Source of the DNA: Terrimicrobiaceae bacterium
GTDB taxonomy: Bacteria; Verrucomicrobiota; Verrucomicrobiia; Chthoniobacterales; Terrimicrobiaceae
Direction: 5' to 3'
Assembly (NCBI GenBank): GCA_044342325.1
Contig: JBIIPZ010000003.1
Location: forward strand, 1-64,000
DNA: 64,000 nucleotides
Shown: piece after piece, positions 1 through 8,247 of the stretch
How the letters are laid out: every line of letters starts with the position of its first letter
Numbering within the stretch: the first letter of the stretch is position 1
Program-made: the position numbers and the translations under genes
Notes under the pieces: generated by a model
What the model was told of the DNA's origin: nothing
Databases searched by the model: none
Seen by the model: only the letters and a program-made list of their open reading frames with translations

Positions 1-450
1 CTCCTCCCCTGCCCCTTCGGAAATGTCGATCAAGTCAGCGAAGCGGGTGGAACTTGTCCAGGGCTTGTTGTCCTGCGCGAGGACGAGCGGCAGGATGGGA
101 GGGAGTTTCATTGCGCCGGGATTGTTGCGGAGATAGTCGTTCCAGATGCGGACCATGTAGGTGAGCAGGCGCAGGCCGATGAGCGGGTCTTCCTGGTTCT
201 GGTGCTCGAAGAGGATGTAGAGGAAGGCGGGTTGGCCGTCGATTTGCGCGGTGAAGAGGAGATCGCTCGAGGTGGCGGCGAATTCTGGATCGATGAAACT
301 GCCACTGACAAGACTCAACGAGTTCCAATCCATGCGGCGGGTGAGCTTGCGCGGGAGATTGGCTTCCAGAAAGGCCCGGGCGTTATCGGGATCGGAGAAG
401 GTCGACTTGACCAACTTGTCGTGGGGCTGGTGGAGAGGACTCTCGGGCAT
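1..450 (-). CDS. Rpn family recombination-promoting nuclease / YhgA-like putative transposase, N-terminal 150 aa (truncated by window edge)
   Basis: Manual translation from ATG at 450: MPESPLHQPHDKLVKSTFSDPDNARAFLEANLP...SFIDPEFAATSSDLLF...YILFEHQNQEDPLIGLRLLTYMVRIW...LPPILPLVL. The PHD, SD-L and EHQ motifs are typical of this PD-(D/E)XK-like family. No stop before base 1, so it is not in the ORF track. Confidence 0.85.
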   Translation of the reverse strand, partial: MPESPLHQPHDKLVKSTFSDPDNARAFLEANLPRKLTRRMDWNSLSLVSGSFIDPEFAATSSDLLFTAQIDGQPAFLYILFEHQNQEDPLIGLRLLTYMVRIWNDYLRNNPGAMKLPPILPLVLAQDNKPWTSSTRFADLIDISEGAGEE

Positions 451-609
451 GCTCGGAGAGAGTTAGGAACAACACGGGGCGTTTCAACGAGTGGAATGTT
501 ACGATTTTGACCATATTGAGGTGCCAGGTGGGTTCTGTAGCGGCGTCTCTATGAGCACCGGAGGTGGTTTGACAAAATCATGGATAGCAGAATTATTTTT
601 TGGGGGACC

Positions 610-635
610 CGCCTACGCACTTCGCGGCTACGGCG
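610..635. repeat. Short imperfect palindrome, REP-like element
   Basis: CGCCTACGCACTTCGCGGCTACGGCG: CGCC/GGCG ends, with GTAG tetranucleotides on the minus strand; intergenic. Confidence 0.3.
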
Positions 636-969
636 TGACACTGGGTTCATCGTCCTCGCATGACCCATTTTTCAGCCGCCCTACGGGTCGGAGAGAAGCG
701 GCGTTTCTGCGGATGCTGGGAATCGTCTACGCGGCGTGATGGGAACGAGACGCCGTGGTAGCGGAGCCGCTCAATCTTGGGCCATGCCAACCGAAGCCCC
801 GGGCGGGGCGGAGGAAGCACATCGCAGATGGCCCGGGGGGCGCAGCAAGCAGGCTTCCTGCTCGGAGAGCATTACAGCTCGGAGAGGCGTGAGAAATGCA
901 AAAAAAAATTTACCCTCCAAATGTTTGCGAGCTTCCGCGCGCGCGGGGGGGGGGGAGGTGGTTTTAATT

Positions 970-1440
970 TTAGCGAATGGGAATGCTGAGCGGCGTGGGG
1001 TTGAGGAGCATGATGGCCATGGCAGCGGCGTAGATGGCGAGGCCGAGGAAGACACCGATAGAGCCAAGACGGTAGGCAACGGTTTTGGAATCCCGGCAGA
1101 CGATGATGGCAGCGAGTGTTTGGACGATGTCCGGCTGGATGCTGCGTGTCAGCACCCATTTCACAGCGAGAACGCGGACGAATATCCAGAAACAGGAGGC
1201 CAGGATGAGGGCCATGGCGACGATGATAAGAATCTGGGCATGGGTATTTGTGCCGGCGATAAGCCTGCCGGAGAAGCCTGTGGTGGTGATGGCGACGGCG
1301 GCAAAGCCGATTACGACTTGGGAGCGTTGGTGGAGAATGTTCAGCTGGCGCTCGAGAAGGCCGAAAAGAAATGCTTCCTGGCCGGGGAAGGCTTTTACCA
1401 AATTTTGGGCTTCTTCCAGGGCTGTCTCAGGGATTTTCAT
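970..1440 (-). CDS. Hypothetical membrane protein, about 3 TM helices
   Basis: 156 aa ORF co-oriented with and 9 bp after the NUDIX gene; three hydrophobic segments. Confidence 0.75.
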   Translation of the reverse strand: MKIPETALEEAQNLVKAFPGQEAFLFGLLERQLNILHQRSQVVIGFAAVAITTTGFSGRLIAGTNTHAQILIIVAMALILASCFWIFVRVLAVKWVLTRSIQPDIVQTLAAIIVCRDSKTVAYRLGSIGVFLGLAIYAAAMAIMLLNPTPLSIPIR

Positions 1441-1449
1441 GGAAAAATT

Positions 1450-1959
1450 TTAGACCTCGCAAGCGGCGAGGTATGGGGCACTGGAATCCCAGTGGACATA
1501 TTTGGAGAGCATCGTGTCGCCATCGAAGTGGAAGTAGGCACGGAAGGATCCCCCCGCAATCACGCCAGGCAGCCAGTGGATGTCGTCGGCCCACATTTCA
1601 TGGTAGGGAATGGCATCAATCGCCGTCCAAATCGGAAGGGCTTCGTCGGTTTCTATGAGGGTTCCGGAGAAGGAATCGGCTATGAAAACGGTGCAGTGGA
1701 GGCTGTAGCCGTCGACGAATTGGAAATGGAGTTCTCCACGGGACTGGACTCCGTGCGGTGTGATACCGACCTCTTCCTGGGTCTCACGCACGGCGCATTC
1801 GTGCGGTTCCTCGCCGGGTTCGATGCGGCCGCCGGGGGCGTTGATTTTTCCGGCCCCGAGACCGCGCTTTTTACGGATGAGTAGGATTTGGGAATCCTTG
1901 ATAACGAAACACAGGGTGGCCCGCTCGCGCGGTTGCCACTGGTTCCAGAAATCGTCCAT
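1450..1959 (-). CDS. NUDIX hydrolase, 8-oxo-dGTP diphosphatase (MTH1/MutX-like)
   Basis: Nudix box GGRIEPGEEPHECAVRETQEEVG; KKRGLGAGKINAPGG and PYHEMWADDIHW are typical of MTH1-like enzymes. Confidence 0.9.
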   Translation of the reverse strand: MDDFWNQWQPRERATLCFVIKDSQILLIRKKRGLGAGKINAPGGRIEPGEEPHECAVRETQEEVGITPHGVQSRGELHFQFVDGYSLHCTVFIADSFSGTLIETDEALPIWTAIDAIPYHEMWADDIHWLPGVIAGGSFRAYFHFDGDTMLSKYVHWDSSAPYLAACEV

Positions 1960-1971
1960 TGTAGGAAGCGA

Positions 1972-3417
1972 CTACGGCAGGAAACGGATCAGCAGCTGCG
2001 GGTAGAATCCGAGAACGAGGATCAGCAGAGTGCAAAGACCAATGGCCAACTTGGAGAGGGGCGAAACCGCGACCTCGCCGCAACCTTCGGGGGCGGGCTG
2101 CCAATACATGGCGCGGATGACCTTGAAGTAGTAGTAGAAGCCGCTGGCCACGGTGACGACACCGATGAGGACGAGCAGGTAGAGCTCTTGATTCATGGCG
2201 GCTTCGAAGATGAAGAATTTGCCGAAGAACCCAACTGTGAACGGAACACCAGCCAGCGAGGCTGCGGCGATGAGCATTGCCAAGGCGAGGCCAGGAGAGC
2301 GACGGGCGAGACCGTTGAAGTGCGAGAGATCGTCCCCACCGGTGGCCTTGGTGACGGGCACCATGACGAGGAAGGCAAGGAAGGTCATCAGGAAATAGCC
2401 ACTCAGGTAGAAAACTACCGCGCTACCGGCGAAGGCATCTCCAATGGCGGCGAGACCGACGAGAAGATACCCGGCGTGGGCGATACTGGAGTAGCCAAGC
2501 AGGCGCTTGAAATTCGTCTGCGGGATGGCGGCCAAGTTTCCGTAGATGAGCGTGAGGGCGGCCAAGAGAATGAGAACGAGGATCAGTTTATCTTGGAAGG
2601 ATTCCAGCACGAAGAACGGTTGGAGCACCCGGATCAGAACGACAAATCCAGCGGCTTTCGACGCCACCGCGAGGAAGGCGGTAATGGGCGTTGGCGCGCC
2701 TTGATAGACATCTGGAACCCAGAATTGGAATGGGGCAGCGGCAATTTTGAAGCCGATGGCAACCAAGACCATTGCAAGGCCAAACAGGATGGCAGTGTGG
2801 TTCGCTTCGGGGACGATGGAGAGGTTATTCTGGATGGAAGCGAGGTTGGTCTCCCCCGTCATGCCGAAAATCCAGGTGATGCCGTAGATGAAGAATCCGG
2901 TCGAGAGAGCCCCAAGGACGAGGAACTTCGTGCCGGCTTCGAGGCTGGCGAGGCTGCGGCGGGTGTAGGCCACCTGGATGTAAAGTGAAATCGTGACCAA
3001 CTCCAAAGCGCAGAAGATCATGATGAAGTCGGAGGCGGAGGCCATCCACATCAAGCCTGCACAAGTGAAGACAGGCAGGATGAAAAACTCGCCTGAACCG
3101 GCTTCGGGACGCTCGGCCGGCACGAGGCGCTGGACGATCGGGATGTAGTCGATCGCCAGAATCAGGGTGAGGATGGTTGCGAGGAGAGCGAATCGTTTGA
3201 AGAAAAGCGACAGGCTATCTACCACATAGAATCCCGAATCCTGCATACCAACGGGGTTCGTTTCGATGAAGAAGCTGAGGATGAAAACGCAACCCAGACC
3301 AAAGATTGCACCGTGTGCGAGAGTGACTTTGTTGGATTTAAAGCTGAAGGATTCCGCCATGAGCAGGAAGATGCCCAGACAGACGACACAGATTTCAAGA
3401 GCGACGGGCGGGATCAT
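1972..3417 (-). CDS. nuoN: NADH-quinone oxidoreductase subunit N
   Basis: FKIAAAPFQFWVPDVYQGAPTP, KRLLGYSSIAHAGY; follows nuoM. Confidence 0.95.
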   Translation of the reverse strand: MIPPVALEICVVCLGIFLLMAESFSFKSNKVTLAHGAIFGLGCVFILSFFIETNPVGMQDSGFYVVDSLSLFFKRFALLATILTLILAIDYIPIVQRLVPAERPEAGSGEFFILPVFTCAGLMWMASASDFIMIFCALELVTISLYIQVAYTRRSLASLEAGTKFLVLGALSTGFFIYGITWIFGMTGETNLASIQNNLSIVPEANHTAILFGLAMVLVAIGFKIAAAPFQFWVPDVYQGAPTPITAFLAVASKAAGFVVLIRVLQPFFVLESFQDKLILVLILLAALTLIYGNLAAIPQTNFKRLLGYSSIAHAGYLLVGLAAIGDAFAGSAVVFYLSGYFLMTFLAFLVMVPVTKATGGDDLSHFNGLARRSPGLALAMLIAAASLAGVPFTVGFFGKFFIFEAAMNQELYLLVLIGVVTVASGFYYYFKVIRAMYWQPAPEGCGEVAVSPLSKLAIGLCTLLILVLGFYPQLLIRFLP

Positions 3418-4913
3418 GGCAGAAGCAAAGCGGGTGTAACGAGGTTCACGAGAATTTGCGGGAAGAATCCGAAGAACAGCATGATGACGAGAAGAATAAC
3501 GATTGCGGCATGCGGGAATCCGGAGAGATCGGTCAGGCGTGACCAGCGGTCAGATAGCGGCCCCATGAACACGCGGCGGTAGGCGCGGAGCATGTAGATG
3601 GCAGAGATCACGATACCCCAGATGGCACAGATGGTTGCAATTTGGTAGCCGTTGAAGCCGAAGACCTCTTTGCCGTCGAGGAAGCCCATTTGCGGTTCGC
3701 CTTTGGCGAAGGCTCCGAAGAAAACGAGCAATTCCCCGGCGAAGCCGACGAAGCCGGGGAGGCCGACGGATGCCATGGCAGCGAAGCCGAAAGCGAGGCC
3801 GAGTTTTGGCGTCGCTCGGGCCATTCCGCCGAGTTCCGAGAAATCCAAAGTGCCTGTGCGCTCGCGGATTTCACCGCAGAGGGCGAAGAGAACGGCGATG
3901 GTGAGGCCGTGGCTGAGGAGCATGAGCGAGGCGCCGGTGAGGCTTACTTGATTCAATGCCACAAATCCAAGGAAGATGTAGCCCATGTGCATGACGCTGG
4001 AGTAGCCGAGCATGAGGTCCAGCTTTCGTTGGGCAATCGTGCAATACCCGACATAAAGAATATTGCAGGCGAGCAGAGTCAGAAGGATCGGGGCAAATGC
4101 CTGAACGGATTCCGGAAGAATCGGAACAGCCAAGCGGATCAAACCATAAAGGCCGAATTTTTTTAATACACCGGCGTGGAGCATGGATGCCGGAGCGGGA
4201 GCGCTTGCGTAGGCCTGCGGTGCCCAGGTGTGGAACGGGAAGAGGGATACAAGGATACCAAACCCAACCAAAAGAAGCAGATAAACAACCGGCGAATCGG
4301 GAACTTGTCCCGCTTGGGCATTGGCCACCATCTGGCGGAGATCAAACGAACGGGCGCCCTCTGGTTGAATCAGATACAAGCCGATGATGCCGAGAAGGAG
4401 AATGAAACTGCCTGTCGCAAGATAAACGGTGGCTTTCCATGCGGCCGCCTGACGGTCCCCCGAGCCCCAGATGCCGATGAGGAGGAAAGTCGGGATGAGG
4501 GCCAACTCATGGAACATGTAGAAGAAGAAGACATCCACCGAAGCGAAAGCACCAACCACACCGGCCGAAATCAAGAGGATGCTGGCGTAGAACCAACGGG
4601 CATTTTCAAGCGGCGCACGGGCCACACAAACGGCTGCGAGCGTGACGATCACCGAAAGAAAAAGCATGATCAGGCTCAGTCCGTCGGCTCCCAATGTAAA
4701 GCTGATGCCCAGCTGAGGAACAACTGGGAAGCTGGAAACGAATTGGAAGCCTGCCTGCGCGGGATTGAAGAAAACGGCTACTGCCAGAAGGAAGAGCACA
4801 TTCAACGCCGCGCCGAGGATGGAAGTGAACCTCGGATTGGCTCCGGCCATGACAAGCACGGCCGAGAGGATCGGCACAAGAATGAGGAAGAGAAGCGGGC
4901 TGACGGAACTCAT
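3414..4913 (-). CDS. nuoM: NADH-quinone oxidoreductase subunit M
   Basis: FPFHTWAPQAY, LKKFGLYG, YSSVMHMG, GLPGFVGFAGE; 4-bp overlap with nuoN. Confidence 0.95.
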   Translation of the reverse strand: MSSVSPLLFLILVPILSAVLVMAGANPRFTSILGAALNVLFLLAVAVFFNPAQAGFQFVSSFPVVPQLGISFTLGADGLSLIMLFLSVIVTLAAVCVARAPLENARWFYASILLISAGVVGAFASVDVFFFYMFHELALIPTFLLIGIWGSGDRQAAAWKATVYLATGSFILLLGIIGLYLIQPEGARSFDLRQMVANAQAGQVPDSPVVYLLLLVGFGILVSLFPFHTWAPQAYASAPAPASMLHAGVLKKFGLYGLIRLAVPILPESVQAFAPILLTLLACNILYVGYCTIAQRKLDLMLGYSSVMHMGYIFLGFVALNQVSLTGASLMLLSHGLTIAVLFALCGEIRERTGTLDFSELGGMARATPKLGLAFGFAAMASVGLPGFVGFAGELLVFFGAFAKGEPQMGFLDGKEVFGFNGYQIATICAIWGIVISAIYMLRAYRRVFMGPLSDRWSRLTDLSGFPHAAIVILLVIMLFFGFFPQILVNLVTPALLLP

Positions 4914-6721
4914 TTGGAAATCAGGATGTAAAGAAGACCGACCACACCGGCGCCGAAGAAGAAGGCGTAGGCTTGGATATTACCGAGTTGAAGGAAGCGC
5001 AGAGCGAACCCGCAGGCCCAAGTGAGCTTGCTGGGAACTTGAACGACAAGGAGATCAACGATCCATCGATCGGCCCAAGAAAGGAAAGCCGCGCCGCCGC
5101 CTTGGATGTTGTTGACGAACCAGAAGTAAACATTGTCGATGTAGAGTCGGTTTGCGAAGAGCGGGATGGAGATGGGATCTTTCTGGGCTTTGAAGTAAAG
5201 CAGTGCCGAAAGGCCCGCGCCGCCGAAGAACATGGCGTAGAGGAGCGGGTGCAAGAGGTGTGGAACGAGTTCGTGGTCCGGACGGGCCAACTTGAAGAAG
5301 TGGTCTTGAATGAACGGGAACCCGGCAAAAATGGCGAGAACCGAGAGAACGAGCATCGGAACCAGCATGGTGATGGGTTGTTCCTTGGCGTGTTCCGCGT
5401 GCTCGCTGCGGGCTTTGCCGAAGAAGATCACAAAGAACTCACGGAAGATGTAGAAGGCGGTAAGACCAGCCGCTGCGGCAACGAGCCAGCCGAGGAACGG
5501 AATTTTCACGACAGCCCACTCGATGATAAGGTCTTTGCTGAAATAACCGCTCGTGTAGGGGCAACCGGCAAGGGCAAGCATTCCGAGGAAAAAGCAAAGC
5601 ATGGTCACCGGGGTCTTCTTGCGAAGTCCACCCATGTGCCACATATCCACCTCGTGGTGCATGGCGATCATGACTGAACCGGCGGCAAGGAAGAGGAGGC
5701 ACTTGAAGCAGGCGTGGGTGAAGAGATGGAACATCGCGACATCGGATGTCGGAGCGACGCCAATGCCGAGGACCATGTAACCGAGCTGGGAAATGGTGGA
5801 ATAAGCCAGAATGCGCTTGATGTCACTCTGCTGGGTGGCCATGAGCGCGGCGGCGAAGCAGGTGATGCCACCGACCCAGGCAATGATCTCACGGGCGTCC
5901 GGGACGATTTCCAGAATCGGGAAAATGCGAGCCAACATGTAAACACCTGCCGCAACCATCGTCGCAGCGTGAAGAAGGGAAGAAACCGGCGTCGGGCCTT
6001 CCATCGAATTCGGCAACCACACATGGAGCGGCATCTGGGCGGATTTGCCGATCGTTCCCATGAAGACGAGCACGCAGGCGACCGTGAGGTAAATCGGTGC
6101 TGTGGCAAGACCAGGAATGGCTTCGATCAACTCGCTGAAGACAACCGTGCCTGTTCCAAACCAGAGGAGAAGAATACCGAGCAAGAAACCGAAGTCGCCG
6201 ATACGGTTCACGATGAACGCCTGTTTTCCGGCATCTGCTGCCGAATCCTTCGAGTAATAGTGTCCGATGAGAATGTAGGAACTCACGCCGACGAGTTCCC
6301 AGAAGATAAACATCATCACAAAGTTATCCGCCAGCACGATGCCGAGCATGGAGAAAAGGAAGAGCGAGAGACCGGCAAAAAAGCGGGAATACCCCTCCTC
6401 ATCGCGCATGTAGCCGAGGGAGTAGGTGAAAACCAAGACGGAAATGGAGGTCACCACCAGAAGCATCACCTTGCTGAGGTGGTCAAGGGTCACGCCGATG
6501 GTGAGATTCAGCTCAGGACCAAGAGTCAGCCAATTCAGCGATAGCGTCTTGCCATCAACCGGCTGATTAAAAAGCCACCAACTCAGAACGCACCCTGTGA
6601 TGGCTGCGATGAGCGCTAGGGAGGCGCTGAGTGTTTTTGAGAATTTCCCGAGGAGGAGGATCAGCGCGGCGCTGACCAGCGGGGTGAAAAGAATAATCCA
6701 GGGCGCGGTTTGCGTGCTCAT
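4910..6721 (-). CDS. nuoL: NADH-quinone oxidoreductase subunit L
   Basis: NRIGDFG, GKSAQMPLHVWLPNSMEGPTPVSSLLHAATMV, HLFTHACFKCLLFL. Confidence 0.96.
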   Translation of the reverse strand: MSTQTAPWIILFTPLVSAALILLLGKFSKTLSASLALIAAITGCVLSWWLFNQPVDGKTLSLNWLTLGPELNLTIGVTLDHLSKVMLLVVTSISVLVFTYSLGYMRDEEGYSRFFAGLSLFLFSMLGIVLADNFVMMFIFWELVGVSSYILIGHYYSKDSAADAGKQAFIVNRIGDFGFLLGILLLWFGTGTVVFSELIEAIPGLATAPIYLTVACVLVFMGTIGKSAQMPLHVWLPNSMEGPTPVSSLLHAATMVAAGVYMLARIFPILEIVPDAREIIAWVGGITCFAAALMATQQSDIKRILAYSTISQLGYMVLGIGVAPTSDVAMFHLFTHACFKCLLFLAAGSVMIAMHHEVDMWHMGGLRKKTPVTMLCFFLGMLALAGCPYTSGYFSKDLIIEWAVVKIPFLGWLVAAAAGLTAFYIFREFFVIFFGKARSEHAEHAKEQPITMLVPMLVLSVLAIFAGFPFIQDHFFKLARPDHELVPHLLHPLLYAMFFGGAGLSALLYFKAQKDPISIPLFANRLYIDNVYFWFVNNIQGGGAAFLSWADRWIVDLLVVQVPSKLTWACGFALRFLQLGNIQAYAFFFGAGVVGLLYILISK

Positions 6722-7041
6722 CAGAACTTCAGCGTATTCAAGTCTTCAACATGTGTGGTCTGCTTGGCGCGGAAGAGCGCGACAATGATGGCGAGGCCTA
6801 CGGCGACCTCGGCTGCGGCGACGGTGATGATGAAAAACACGAGCACTTGGCCGTTGTAGTTCGGCATGCCGTCGGCAAGCAGGTTGAAGCGGGAGAAGGC
6901 GACGAGCGAGAGGTTGGCCGCGTTCAGCATGAGTTCGAGACCCATGAAAATGATGAGAATATTCCGACGCAGAAGAACTCCGCCGAGGCCGATGGCGAAG
7001 AGGAGTCCGCTGACGATGAGGTAATGCGCTAAGGTTGGCAT
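6721..7041 (-). CDS. nuoK: NADH-quinone oxidoreductase subunit K
   Basis: [32 protein letters not shown]. Confidence 0.96.
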   Translation of the reverse strand: MPTLAHYLIVSGLLFAIGLGGVLLRRNILIIFMGLELMLNAANLSLVAFSRFNLLADGMPNYNGQVLVFFIITVAAAEVAVGLAIIVALFRAKQTTHVEDLNTLKF

Positions 7042-7056
7042 GGAGAAATCAAAGAA

Positions 7057-7560
7057 TCACTTAAGTTCCTTCTTGCTGAGGAGAACAACCCCGACCGTGG
7101 ACACGAGAAGGAGGACGCCGATGATTTGGAAGGGCAGGTTGAAATTACGGAAAAGGGCGAAACCGACCAGGGCGACATCATTTGCCATGGGGTGGGAAAC
7201 AGCGGGTTTCACGACATCCAAGGCTGGGAGGGCGGAAATGACTTGGGTCAGAGCAGAAAGGAAGCCTCCGACCACGATGCCGCCACCAACCCATGCGGAC
7301 AGGCGGACGCGGCGGCGTTTTTCCTCACGCAGGTCGAGCAACATGATGATAAAAAGGAAAAGCACCATCACGGCGCCGGCATAGACAAGGACCTGGACGA
7401 CGGCGATGAAATAGGCATCCAGCGTCACAAAGACGGCTGCCAAGGCAACGAACGACATGACGAGGCACATGGCGCAGGAGACGGGGTTTCTCAGCAGGAT
7501 CACTCCCAGCGCAAAAGCAAGCATGAGGAGGGAGAAGATCGAGAAAAGGGCGAGTTGCAT
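7057..7560 (-). CDS. nuoJ: NADH-quinone oxidoreductase subunit J
   Basis: QVLVYAGAVMVLFLFIIMLL motif; position in the operon. Confidence 0.94.
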   Translation of the reverse strand: MQLALFSIFSLLMLAFALGVILLRNPVSCAMCLVMSFVALAAVFVTLDAYFIAVVQVLVYAGAVMVLFLFIIMLLDLREEKRRRVRLSAWVGGGIVVGGFLSALTQVISALPALDVVKPAVSHPMANDVALVGFALFRNFNLPFQIIGVLLLVSTVGVVLLSKKELK

Positions 7561-7604
7561 GTGGTGGTGTGAGGTGGCGTTCTAACAGCGTGAGGCGGGT
7601 TGTT

Positions 7605-8135
7605 CTACTTTTTTTCGTTCCACTTGTTGACAAGGCCGGGCATTTCGCCACCGAGTTCGCGGAGTTTGTGGATGTCGTGAACCATCTCGGCGCGGGAGAG
7701 GCCAGTGATGGAATAATCCTTGCGGAGATAGATCGCCTGCTCGGGGCAGACCTCTTCGCAGAGGCCGCAGTAGATGCAACGGATCATATCGATATCGAAT
7801 GTCTTGGGGCGTTTCTCCACCTTGCCCCAGCGCTCGTCGGCGGGGATTTCTTCAGGATGAATGGTGATCGCGCGGGGAGGGCAAATGAATTCACAAAGTT
7901 GGCAGCCCACACACTTGTCTCGTCCAAACTCATTACTCACCAGAGTCGGGGCACCGCGATACCAAGAAGGCATCTGAGCGTCCCACTTCTGCTCGGGATA
8001 TTGCATGGTGACTTTCGTCTGACCCGTCAGGAGGCGGAGCATGTGTTTGAGCGTGATCAGAAGGCCCGCGACAATCGAGGGCAGGTAGATCTTTTCGGCC
8101 AAAGTGAGGCGCGGACGCGTGACGGTGTAAGCCAT
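7605..8135 (-). CDS. nuoI: NADH-quinone oxidoreductase subunit I
   Basis: Two CxxCxxCxxxCP ferredoxin motifs (CVGCQLCEFICP, CIYCGLCEEVCP) and TMQYPE; start placed at ATG 8135. Confidence 0.93.
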   Translation of the reverse strand: MAYTVTRPRLTLAEKIYLPSIVAGLLITLKHMLRLLTGQTKVTMQYPEQKWDAQMPSWYRGAPTLVSNEFGRDKCVGCQLCEFICPPRAITIHPEEIPADERWGKVEKRPKTFDIDMIRCIYCGLCEEVCPEQAIYLRKDYSITGLSRAEMVHDIHKLRELGGEMPGLVNKWNEKK

Positions 8136-8247
8136 AAAGTTGGGTGGTTCTAACAATGTTCGTTCCGCATGGCAACTTTGGACTCACATTTTTTCGCGAG
8201 GCTCAGTAGCGAGGCTCACTTGGAGCATTCCGCGCAGAGCGGGAGCT

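Noticed and set aside
736..2988. Long plus-strand ORFs 736..1884 (382 aa) and 1888..2988 (366 aa)
   Set aside because: Antisense shadows of the membrane gene, NUDIX and nuoN; no motifs; expected in GC-rich DNA
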